From Candidatus Binataceae bacterium (GTDB taxonomy: Bacteria > Desulfobacterota > Binatia > Binatales > Binataceae): a stretch of 64,000 nucleotides of DNA. The notes under the pieces are model-generated. The model saw only the letters and a list, made by a program, of their open reading frames with translations, did not search any database and was not told where the DNA came from. Positions 1 through 7,774 of the stretch are shown here, piece by piece. Within the stretch, counting starts at the first letter, position 1; each line of letters starts with the position of its first letter. A program made the position numbers and the translations under genes. The stretch covers positions 64,210 through 128,209 of the forward strand of contig DASXFX010000054.1 of assembly GCA_036489375.1 (NCBI GenBank), given 5' to 3'.

Positions 1-1040
1 GCCGTAACTTCCGAGGCCGGCAACGGCACCTTGCCGGTCGGATACTTTGCTTCGTCGGCCGGCTCGCGCCACGCCTCGGTGAAACCGAAATGATGGAACA
101 GCTCCTTGAAGCCCAGCACGCACATCCCGGTCTCTGCCAGCTTGCGCGCATGTTCGACGTTGTCCGCCAGGTAGATGCCGCGCAGCACTCCAATATTTTG
201 TCCCAGCTTTAACGCGCGCCCCGCCTTCTGCGCCTCCTCCACGTACGCCTGTCCGAGTTCCCGCACAACCTCCGGCTTCGGCAGGATGATCGTCGGACGG
301 ATTCCCTCGCGCGCGCACCATCGCACGGTCTCTTCGCTGAGCGAAAAGGCCTGGAACAGCGGCGGATGCGGCCGTTGATACGGCTTCGGGACGACATTGA
401 TCATCTGGATCCGCCCCTGGTCGTCAACTTCGCCCGGAAACCCGTACTCCCGCGTCCATTCGTGCGCCGGCCATGGCGTTCCTTCCTGCGGATGCGGATA
501 TTCGTAATACTTGCCCTTGAAGCGGAACGGCTCGTCGCCCCACGCCAGCTTCAGGAACTGATAGACCTCTTCGAAGACCTCGCGATTGACCTTATCGGCC
601 TCGCTCTTGTCGCTCATGGTGGCGCCGACGTGAACCTTCTGCGCCATCTGGTTCAGCCAGCGTGCTTGATAGCCGCGCGCGAATCCGACGATCGTGCGCC
701 CTTTCGTCAGTTGATCCAGCCACGCGATTTCGAGCGCCAGCCGTAGCGGATTCCATCCCGGCAGCACGTATCCGATCGGGCCCGCCTTAATCCGCTTGGT
801 GTTATAGAGAATGTGTTGCGTGAGCAGCGGCAGGCTGCCCATCTCCATCCCCTCGCTATGCAAATGATGCTCGGGGTAGGAAACCGCTTCGAAGCCGACA
901 TCCTCCGCCAGTTGGGTGATCTCGACCACATCGTTGATCATCTGCTGCCAACGCTCCGGATGCATCGCGATCGGACGCAGCCGCTTTCGCTCTTCGAGCG
1001 TGGCCGGGAGGGTGGGCAGGAAAAAATATACGAATTTCAT
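1..1040 (-). CDS. LLM-class (luciferase-like) flavin-dependent oxidoreductase, C-terminus cut by window edge; absent from supplied ORF track because open-ended
   Basis: Manual reverse translation from ATG at 1040 stays open to position 1: MKFVYFFLPTLPATLEERKRLRPIAMHPERWQQMINDVVEITQLAEDVGFEAVSYPEHHLHSEG... AAGGAG Shine-Dalgarno 7 nt upstream (1048-1053). The N-terminal MKF..F and EHH motifs are typical of the LLM family. Confidence 0.75.
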   Translation of the reverse strand, partial: MKFVYFFLPTLPATLEERKRLRPIAMHPERWQQMINDVVEITQLAEDVGFEAVSYPEHHLHSEGMEMGSLPLLTQHILYNTKRIKAGPIGYVLPGWNPLRLALEIAWLDQLTKGRTIVGFARGYQARWLNQMAQKVHVGATMSDKSEADKVNREVFEEVYQFLKLAWGDEPFRFKGKYYEYPHPQEGTPWPAHEWTREYGFPGEVDDQGRIQMINVVPKPYQRPHPPLFQAFSLSEETVRWCAREGIRPTIILPKPEVVRELGQAYVEEAQKAGRALKLGQNIGVLRGIYLADNVEHARKLAETGMCVLGFKELFHHFGFTEAWREPADEAKYPTGKVPLPASEVT

Positions 1041-1154
1041 TCATCTTCTCCTTTTCGAGCCGGATTTTCTTTTTCTTCGAGCCGGATCTTCCTTCGGGTC
1101 ATGCCAGATTTTCTTTTCTTCGATCCGAATTTTCTTTCGATCGTCCAGATTTAT

Positions 1155-1610
1155 TTAGCCAAGGTTTTTAGCTTCACCTTTCGCGCTACCGCCTTTCGTC
1201 TCACCGCTTCCGCGAACGCTTTTAGCCGCGCCCTTCACCCGAACGCTTTTGGCCGCGCCATTTACATGAACGCTCCCGGACTGACCATTCGCACCAAAAC
1301 CCCTTTGGCGCGCCGTTCACTCGACATTCTTTGGCTGGCCATTCGGGCGAATCCCATTCAGAGTGCCATGAACCTGAACCTTCTTGGATTCGCCGTTCGC
1401 GCGAACTTTTCTGGACGAGGCGTTTGCGTGAACGTTCTTTGACTCACCATTCACCCGGACGCCCCCGAGATCGCCATTCACGCGGTTGTTTTTTGCGGCG
1501 CCATTTCCGCGCACGCCGTTGGTCTCGCCATTCGCGCGGGCACCCTTGGATTCGGCATTCACGCTCGCTCCTTTTGTAATACCGGTCACACCCGTGCCCT
1601 TGAGTTTACG
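1155..1610 (-). repeat. Degenerate ~27-30 bp tandem repeats encoding an Asn/Gly/Lys-rich (V/A)NGESKxVR-like tail of the MarR gene, continuing past its stop
   Basis: Peptide periodicity: VNAESKGARA NGETNGVRG NGAAKNNR VNGDLGGVR VNGESKNVHA NASSRKVRA NGESKKVQVH ... The same period continues in frame after TGA (1317-1319) to TAA (1155-1157). Confidence 0.7.
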
Positions 1611-2165
1611 GCCAGCGCGATCCTCAAGCTGATTCAGCCGCACACGGCTGCGCCCCTGCGAACTCTGAAACGCCCCCGTCAGGTAGCGGAAATAGGTGAT
1701 CGCGTTATCGATTACATCTAGTGGAGCGTCTTCGATTAGTTCCGCCAGGACCGTCCCGGCCTTCGTCGCTGCCACCTCGAGGAAGGCTTTTCCCCGCGGT
1801 GTGAGCGCCACCAGCTTCTCGCGTCCGGATCGCGGGTCTTCGGTAATCTCGATCAGCTCGAGCGGCGCATGCATCATCGCGCGCAACGACTTCGAGAGCG
1901 CCGCGCTGGTCACCTCGAACCACCGTCGCACGTTCGATTCGATATCCTTGCGGCGCATCCGCACACCGCCGTCGCCTTGCGATCGAATCAGCCACAAAAT
2001 CGCGGCTTGCTGGCGCGAAAGCACGTCGGCCCGCACCACGTCCTCCAACGCGGTGCCGATCTCGTAATGCACCGAATAGAAGAACTCCATCAATTCGGTC
2101 GCCGCTGACCGCCGATACGACCCCGCACTTGCAACTTTCTTTGGACTGAGATTCTTCGCAGGCAT
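1317..2165 (-). CDS. MarR-family transcriptional regulator with ~100-aa repetitive C-terminal extension
   Basis: Winged-helix MarR core (LSRQQAAILWLIRSQGDGG...ALSKSLRAMMHAPLELIEITEDPRSGREKLVALTPRGKAFL), followed by a low-complexity repeat tail. Confidence 0.8.
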   Translation of the reverse strand: MPAKNLSPKKVASAGSYRRSAATELMEFFYSVHYEIGTALEDVVRADVLSRQQAAILWLIRSQGDGGVRMRRKDIESNVRRWFEVTSAALSKSLRAMMHAPLELIEITEDPRSGREKLVALTPRGKAFLEVAATKAGTVLAELIEDAPLDVIDNAITYFRYLTGAFQSSQGRSRVRLNQLEDRAGRKLKGTGVTGITKGASVNAESKGARANGETNGVRGNGAAKNNRVNGDLGGVRVNGESKNVHANASSRKVRANGESKKVQVHGTLNGIRPNGQPKNVE

Positions 2166-2190
2166 CGGCGCGTCGCCACTTAAAAAAATG

Positions 2191-2220
2191 TAACCTAGGT
2201 TAACTATTATTTGAAGTCAA
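2191..2220 (-). promoter_or_regulatory. Candidate MarR promoter/operator: TTGACT-N17-TAGGTT overlapping the perfect 12-bp palindrome TAACCTAGGTTA (2191-2202)
   Basis: The palindrome reads identically on both strands. It lies 26-37 nt upstream of the MarR ATG (2165) in an AT-rich patch. MarR proteins typically autoregulate through such palindromes. Confidence 0.45.
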
Positions 2221-2429
2221 GCGTTGGCGCACGGTCGCTTTTCCCGCGCAATCTTTGCCGCCTTGGCGCCTGATTTCGGGTGCAATCCTCGCCGCCTGGT
2301 GCAAGATGCTCCTCGTTAGAGGCGGCCTCGCGCTGGCCAAGATGTTTGTCAGAAGACGGTCTGAAAACCGTTCGGAGTTTTCGGGCTTCGGCGACCGACT
2401 GAATTCCTGTGGATAACTCAGATGGTCTC

Positions 2430-2546
2430 AGGAACTCGACTCGCAGTTATGCTATGCTGCTGTCTGTAGGGTGCCTTTGGAAAGAGGGCCCCAGCTGACG
2501 GAAAGAAATCTGAAGCAAGAGAAAATTTGGCGCAAACGAACCCAAT
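2430..2546 (+). repeat. Recurrent intergenic element, copy 1 (candidate small transcription unit / sRNA or MITE-like repeat)
   Basis: 5' box TTATGCTATGCTGCTGTCTGTAG (mini-ORF 2449-2469, MLCCCL*) and 3' box GAAAATTTGGCGCAAACGAACCC (2521-2543). Shared with copies at 15715, 34485 and 50758. Confidence 0.6.
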
Positions 2547-2604
2547 CGAAACTCCTCGCCGATCCACGCCAACCCGCTACCTTCACCGCGCAGTGCGGTT
2601 CTCT

Positions 2605-3843
2605 TCAAAGCGCATCCAGCGCACGCGAAAACTCATCGAGCAGATCGCGCCAATGCTCAGTACCAACCGAAATGCGAACCAGGGACTCGGTAATGCCGGC
2701 GGCCGCAAACTCCTGCGCGGAAAGCTCGCTGTGCGTCGTCGTCATCGGATGACAGACCAGGGTCTCGACCGCACCCAGGCTCACCGCGTTCTTCGCGATC
2801 TTGAGCCTGCGCAGGAATTCGAAGGCGCCAGTCTTGCCATTCTTGACCTCCAGCGTCACCAGCGAGCCCGGGTAGTCGGTTTGAGCGTCGCGAATTCTGA
2901 CCTGCTCGGCATCGGTGAACAACGACGGATAAATTACGCGGTTGACCTGCGGATGCTTCGCCAGCTGCTCCGCAATTCTCTGCGCGTTCTTGCTCTGGCG
3001 GTTCATGCGCAAGGCCACGGTCGAGAGCCGCGAATCCAGGATCCAGCACTCGTCGGCCTGCAAAATGTTGCCGAGCAGCGCGCGCATTCCAGTCAGCGCC
3101 TGGATCAATTCCGGATCGGCCGCCAGCACGGCTCCTGCGAGCAAGTCGCTGAACCCGCCGAGAAACTTGGTCGCGGAGTAGATGACGAGGTCGGCGCCCC
3201 GGTTCAAAGGATGCTGGAAGGTCGGCCCCAGCAGCGTGTTATCGACTGCGAGCAGCGGCCGCTTCGGATGTCGTCGCGCCGCCGCCGCGGCTTGCGCGAT
3301 ATCGCTCATCATCAGGGTGGGATTGGCCGGAGTCTCGATCAGCACCAGCCTCGGATTTTCGCTCTGCTCGATCGCCTCGGTCATCGCTTTCGCGTCGCCA
3401 GCCGGCACCGCCTTCGTGCCGAACCCCAGCGGTTCGATAATCTGATGAATCAGGTGCTGAGTGCCGCCGTACAGTGGCTGCGTGTAGATCAACGAGCCCC
3501 CACGCTCCAGGAACGAGAGCATTACGGTGAAGATCGCGGCCATCCCGGAGTTGAATACCGCCGCGAAATTCGCACCTCGCTCCAGCGGCACCAGCTGTTC
3601 TTCCAGGATTTCGGCGTTGGGATGGTTCAACCGCGCGTAGATCAGATCCGGTCGGTCCTCCCCAATCGGCGAGATCTTGCCCAGGACGATTCCAAACGCC
3701 CGCTCCGCAGCCTCCGGACTTGGAAAGACGAAGGTCGAGCTGCGGTACACCGGTGGCCGCGCAGACCCGACCGACAATTTTGGATCGAAGCCTTTGTTGA
3801 GCACCGCGGTCTCTGGCCGCACGCGATAGGAAATCTTGGCCAT
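2605..3843 (-). CDS. Cys/Met-metabolism PLP-dependent enzyme (cystathionine gamma-synthase / methionine gamma-lyase family)
   Basis: Family-typical length and PLP-lysine motif SATKFLGG. GGAG lies 8 nt upstream of ATG 3843; the longest ORF would start at 3876. Confidence 0.8.
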   Translation of the reverse strand: MAKISYRVRPETAVLNKGFDPKLSVGSARPPVYRSSTFVFPSPEAAERAFGIVLGKISPIGEDRPDLIYARLNHPNAEILEEQLVPLERGANFAAVFNSGMAAIFTVMLSFLERGGSLIYTQPLYGGTQHLIHQIIEPLGFGTKAVPAGDAKAMTEAIEQSENPRLVLIETPANPTLMMSDIAQAAAAARRHPKRPLLAVDNTLLGPTFQHPLNRGADLVIYSATKFLGGFSDLLAGAVLAADPELIQALTGMRALLGNILQADECWILDSRLSTVALRMNRQSKNAQRIAEQLAKHPQVNRVIYPSLFTDAEQVRIRDAQTDYPGSLVTLEVKNGKTGAFEFLRRLKIAKNAVSLGAVETLVCHPMTTTHSELSAQEFAAAGITESLVRISVGTEHWRDLLDEFSRALDAL

Positions 3844-4046
3844 ATTTTTGCTCCAGTCGTCGGACGCCCGAGGCATTGCTGATGAACTTCATTCAAGCAC
3901 GCCTCCCGCGCGTCCGCACCATGCGAAATCCGCGGTCACCTCGCGACGTTTGGAGTTCACGTCCGACCTTGAGGGCCACCCGCCAACCTTCATTCTCGTC
4001 GTTCACTATCTCCTATAAGCCTGCTTCGTACCCCGTGAACGCAGCA

Positions 4047-4073
4047 GCGCCGAGCGAAGTTAGCGCTCGGCGC
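4047..4073 (-). terminator. Strong 10-bp GC hairpin downstream of the His-Pro repeat protein gene (no U-tract)
   Basis: GCGCCGAGCG-aagttag-CGCTCGGCGC, a perfect stem, about 80 nt past the stop at 4155. Confidence 0.35.
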
Positions 4074-4154
4074 CGCATCCCGGCGATGGGAGAGCACGAA
4101 TTTCGCGCTGTCCCATCGCCTCAAATTGGAGCTGTATCTGTCAGCGCGTTTGCT

Positions 4155-4910
4155 CTAGTGCTTTCGATCGTAATGGCGCTCTGCCGCCATGTAAGCGAAC
4201 GGATGGGACTTCCAATCACTGCGCGCCGTCGGATGACCCTGCAGGTACTCATGCAAGCCCGGATGTTCGTCAACGTACCGACGATTATCGACCAGCGCTG
4301 GGTCGCGGTTGAGCTGCTGCGCGACCTCGGGATGCCCATCGAGGTAGCGATCGGTGGTCGCCAGCGGATGCGCACCGACTGGCTCGCCATGATGCTCATA
4401 GTAGCGTTCACGCGCCATGAAGCGATCGGGATGATGCTGCAGCTCCGCGCGGACTTCCGGGTGATTCTTGAAGTACTCGTCGAGGCCCGGATGAGTCGCA
4501 AGGTACTGAGGGTTATCGACCAATCGCGGATCGTGCGCCAACTGCTCGGCCACCTCGGGATGCTCATCGAGGTAGCCGTTGTCGAAACGCCCGACTTCGC
4601 CCCGACTGATACCGTAACCGCCGCGGCCGTTATGATCTTGACGCCATTCGTCGCTCATGAAGCGATAGGGATGCTGCTGCAAGTCCTGTCGCACTTCGGG
4701 ATGATCGGAGAGGTACTGATCGAGGCCGGGATGAGTGGCCAGGAATTGCGGGTTGTCAGCCAACGAAGGATTCGCCCCCAACTGATGGGCCACTTCGGGA
4801 TGCTCGTCGAGATAGCCGTTGTCAAACCTGGTGACCGGGCCAGCGAACGCCGCCGTTCCCATCGCACCGACGAAAACCATCGCCGCCAAAGTTGTAACGC
4901 ACTTTTTCAT
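4155..4910 (-). CDS. Secreted protein of unknown function with three ~60-aa tandem repeats rich in His-Pro dipeptides
   Basis: Signal peptide MKKCVTTLAAMVFVGAMGTAAFA. AGAGGAGA SD upstream of ATG 4910. Repeats: RFDNGYLDEHPEVA.QL...P.L.DNPQ.LATHPGLD.Y...HPEVR..LQ.HP.RFM, three times. Confidence 0.8.
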   Translation of the reverse strand: MKKCVTTLAAMVFVGAMGTAAFAGPVTRFDNGYLDEHPEVAHQLGANPSLADNPQFLATHPGLDQYLSDHPEVRQDLQQHPYRFMSDEWRQDHNGRGGYGISRGEVGRFDNGYLDEHPEVAEQLAHDPRLVDNPQYLATHPGLDEYFKNHPEVRAELQHHPDRFMARERYYEHHGEPVGAHPLATTDRYLDGHPEVAQQLNRDPALVDNRRYVDEHPGLHEYLQGHPTARSDWKSHPFAYMAAERHYDRKH

Positions 4911-4990
4911 AGCTCGTCTCCTCTTGTGTATGATCGGCCCTTGTTGCCGCAATTTTTTCAACTCGACTTCCTTGCGCGTTTCGAAAGTAG

Positions 4991-5018
4991 GACGCATTGC
5001 CGGCCGGTTCCGTTTACA
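4991..5018 (-). promoter_or_regulatory. ECF-type promoter TGTAAAC-N17-CGTC driving the His-Pro repeat protein gene
   Basis: The minus strand reads TGTAAAC ggaaccggccggcaatg CGTC. The -10 lies about 80 nt upstream of ATG 4910. Identical boxes and spacing to the plus-strand site at 5062-5089. Confidence 0.5.
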
Positions 5019-5061
5019 GTGCGAGGCCATTTCGATCTGCTCAAAATTTTTTAGGATGGTA

Positions 5062-5089
5062 TGTAAACGAATCACTCGGAGGTTTCGTC
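5062..5089 (+). promoter_or_regulatory. ECF-type (autoregulatory) promoter TGTAAAC-N17-CGTC upstream of the ECF sigma gene
   Basis: TGTAAAC gaatcactcggaggttt CGTC. The -10 lies about 80 nt upstream of the ORF start 5169. Resembles SigX/SigW-class -35 (tGtAAC/TGAAAC) and CGTC/CGTA -10 elements. Confidence 0.5.
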
Positions 5090-5168
5090 AAACAGGTCGG
5101 GAAAATGTAACATCGGCACGATGGCTGATTAGGATTGCCAGCCGCAGCAACGTAATTGAGCCTGGTCC

Positions 5169-5771
5169 GTGGCTGCCCCACGGCGTAGGGGCGGACTGAT
5201 TCAGGTGGAGTTTTCCGATGACGAACTGTGCCGGAGGATCGCGGAGCGCGACGCCAATGCGTTCGAGCTCATGGTTGACCGCCATCAGGCGCGTGCCTAC
5301 CGGCTCGCGTTTTCCATCCTTGGCAACGAGGCCGACGCGCGCGACGTCTCGCAGGAAGCCTTCGTCCGCCTTTACGAAGCAGCCGGACGCTTCGACGGCA
5401 GGGCGCGGTTCTCGACCTGGTTCTACCGAATCCTGGTCAACTTGTGCATCGACCAGCAGCGGCGAAATCGATGGTGGAAGCGGCTGTTGCCGCTCGCCGG
5501 TCCGGGCGACAATCCAGACGAGCCTGCCTTTGATCCACCGTCGGACGAGGCTGGTCCGGAGAGCGATGCGATGCTGAACCAATCGGTCAGAAGGTTGCGT
5601 CCCGCGCTCGCTCAACTCTCTCCGCAACAGCGCGCGGCGGTCCTGCTGCAGACGCAGGAAGGATTCACCAGCCGCGAAATCGCAGCCGTGCTCAAATGTT
5701 CCGAGAACACCGCGCGCGTGCATGTCCATCGCGGCATCGCGCAGTTGAGGAAGTTACTCCGAAATGACTAG
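5169..5771 (+). CDS. RNA polymerase ECF (sigma-70 family group 4) sigma factor
   Basis: Region 2 (DARDVSQEAFVRLYEAAGRFDGRARFSTWFYRILVNLCIDQQRR) and region 4 HTH (REIAAVLKCSENTARVHVHRGIAQLRKLL). The true start may be downstream (GTG at 5205). Confidence 0.85.
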   Translation: MAAPRRRGGLIQVEFSDDELCRRIAERDANAFELMVDRHQARAYRLAFSILGNEADARDVSQEAFVRLYEAAGRFDGRARFSTWFYRILVNLCIDQQRRNRWWKRLLPLAGPGDNPDEPAFDPPSDEAGPESDAMLNQSVRRLRPALAQLSPQQRAAVLLQTQEGFTSREIAAVLKCSENTARVHVHRGIAQLRKLLRND

Positions 5772-5841
5772 TCCAGCTTGCGACCTTGATTGAGTGTCCG
5801 AGTGACTTAGCGATGACGGAACGGAAAGGTACTTGATTTAG

Positions 5842-6390
5842 ATGGCCGCCAAACATCCAGCAACCGAACTGGTGCCCTACCTGCGCGGAGAGTTAGGCGT
5901 GGACCGGCGCGCCCTGGTCGAGCAGCATCTGGATCAATGCGCGCAATGCCGCGAGTCGGCTGAGTCGGCGACTGCGATCCTGTCACAGCTTTCGGTAGCG
6001 GTTGAAGCTGTGCCCGCACCCGACTGGGTGGCGTACCGCGCCGATCTGCGACGCAAACTACTTACCGCCCGTCCCGAACCTGTTGACGCGCGAGGACGAC
6101 TGCGACCGTCCATGTTCCGAATGCCAGCTTTCGGTTGGCCCTCTATAGCGATAGGTGCTGCGGCGGCTGCAATGCTCGCGATCGTCCTGGTGACGCATCG
6201 CGGCAGCGGTGTTCAAACTCCTGGAGTCGATCAGCTCGAGCTGCAAACCGACATAGGTAGCGCCGATGTCGGCTTGTTAGCCAACTACCGGGTCGTCGAA
6301 CATCTCGACCTGCTCGAGAACTATGATGTAATCGAGCACCTGGACGAACTGGCGCCTGGGGATCGCCAGAACCATGAAGCTTCGTCCTAG
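5842..6390 (+). CDS. Anti-sigma factor, zf-HC2 type, single-pass membrane
   Basis: N-terminal H-x3-C-x2-C (HLDQCAQC), one TM segment (WPSIAIGAAAAAMLAIVLV), immediately downstream of the ECF sigma gene. Confidence 0.75.
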   Translation: MAAKHPATELVPYLRGELGVDRRALVEQHLDQCAQCRESAESATAILSQLSVAVEAVPAPDWVAYRADLRRKLLTARPEPVDARGRLRPSMFRMPAFGWPSIAIGAAAAAMLAIVLVTHRGSGVQTPGVDQLELQTDIGSADVGLLANYRVVEHLDLLENYDVIEHLDELAPGDRQNHEASS

Positions 6391-6733
6391 AATGGTTGCC
6401 ATCATGCTGTCAGCAAGCATGGTTGTCTGGACCGGAGCGCGGCAGGTATTTGCTCAGGACGCTCCTCCGAACCTGAGAATGTTGCTGAACCTGGACTTGT
6501 TCGAGTCGCGCACTGGTAACACGGAAGGTACGCCGGCGCCCGGCGCCCCCGTGCCGGATGACTCGATGCTCGACCAGATACGGACGCTCAATGCGATGGG
6601 TTACCTGGGAAAACCTGTGACCGCGCAAGGCAGCGACGCCGCTGGATCGTTAGTCGGCAACGCCCGGACGCCAGCCGCCGCACCCGAACCATCGAACAAC
6701 CCAACCTTTGACGTAGAGGGACCACAGCCATGA
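6374..6733 (+). CDS. Small secreted protein, unknown function
   Basis: Signal peptide (MVAIMLSASMVVWTGARQVFA). Overlaps both neighbours, suggesting translational coupling in the ECF operon. Confidence 0.55.
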   Translation: MKLRPRMVAIMLSASMVVWTGARQVFAQDAPPNLRMLLNLDLFESRTGNTEGTPAPGAPVPDDSMLDQIRTLNAMGYLGKPVTAQGSDAAGSLVGNARTPAAAPEPSNNPTFDVEGPQP

Positions 6734-7302
6734 CGCCTCGAATGCGCAAACTAAGTGCATTCATGCTCGCGATATTCCTGCTGTGCGGAATGGGAACGGC
6801 GATCCCGGCTTACGCGCAATCGATGTCTGACGTGGAACCATCGACCGACGCCGAGCGTGCGCTGGTCGCGCAACATCCGAACGAATGGGCGAAGCTGACG
6901 CCGGAAGAGCGTCAACGAGTGCTCGACAACTATCGGCGATGGCAGGAGATGCGACCCGAAGAGCGGCAGAAAGCGCAGCGGAATTTTCAGCAATTCCGTG
7001 ATCTGCCACCGGAAGAACGCCGGCGCGTAATCGACGCGTACCACCAATGGCGTCAGCTTCCGGAAGCGCGTCGCGATGAATTACAACAGTCCTACAATCG
7101 CTACCGAGGTCTGCCGCCGGATCAACGCGACAAGGTTATGCAGCGCTATCAGCAATTTCAGCAGCTCCCGCCCGAGCAGCGCGAACGCATGCTGGCGAAC
7201 TATCATCGATGGAAGCAAATGACGCCGGATCAGCGCAGAGAAATGCGGCGGCGTTGGGGCCTCATGCGGCAACATCCACGATCGTACCAACCAGCGCCTT
7301 AG
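6730..7302 (+). CDS. DUF3106-like periplasmic repeat protein
   Basis: Signal peptide followed by iterated L(T/P)PEERQ..L.NY.RW..(M/L)-type helical repeats, characteristic of DUF3106 proteins found in ECF operons. Confidence 0.7.
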   Translation: MTPRMRKLSAFMLAIFLLCGMGTAIPAYAQSMSDVEPSTDAERALVAQHPNEWAKLTPEERQRVLDNYRRWQEMRPEERQKAQRNFQQFRDLPPEERRRVIDAYHQWRQLPEARRDELQQSYNRYRGLPPDQRDKVMQRYQQFQQLPPEQRERMLANYHRWKQMTPDQRREMRRRWGLMRQHPRSYQPAP

Positions 7303-7774
7303 GGCTACAGCCAATCATCAGATTAAGCCTACCCCGCTCATTACTCGCGTAGGTGGTATATCGCAGGTTCTAAGAGATAACTAATCAGTGAGCCACTACA
7401 CCCGTCGCACCCACTCTATAAGTCAATAGTGAAAAAGCTTGTCCACAACTGGTAGTCGTTATGACTCGCTGGTAAACGACTTGACGTTCTTCCGCCTCTA
7501 ACTCCCGAATCGGAAATTTCAACCTAACCTTCGGTTGCGTGAGCAATCGATGAAGAACCTTCGGGAGGATTCCGCGATGAAGACCCGTGTGTCCTTTCGA
7601 TCTCGACTGAGATTGGAGGCCGCAAAATGCCCAACACTCGCGAACTATTCAGCGATCCAGGATCCATCGAATGAGGCATTGCGGCGACCAGCGATCAGGG
7701 CGATGTACCTATCACGATTACCGACAGTGCGACGATACCTAGTGACGTCGCGCTGCCTCTCATTTCGATCATTG

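Noticed and set aside
1317-1319. In-frame TGA in the MarR repeat tail read as selenocysteine
   Set aside because: No SECIS-like hairpin is evident immediately downstream, and a low-complexity tail is not a plausible redox site. Truncation or read-through is more likely.
2527-3882. 451-aa plus-strand ORF
   Set aside because: Antisense shadow of the PLP-enzyme gene. It has an Arg/Gln/Leu-rich low-complexity composition and no recognisable motif, typical of long spurious ORFs in GC-rich DNA.
3876-5054. 392-aa plus-strand ORF with internal repeats
   Set aside because: Mirror image of the real minus-strand His-Pro repeat gene. The minus-strand product has a signal peptide, an SD and a clean repeat structure; this frame has none.
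7303-7774. 470-bp AT-richer convergent gap and the 130-aa ORF 7535-7927
   Set aside because: The ORF has no SD, has poor coding composition and overlaps the amine oxidase 3' end. The gap contains only weak echoes of the intergenic element boxes (CTGGTAG at 7449, GAAATTTCAACCTAACC at 7513), which are too degenerate to call.
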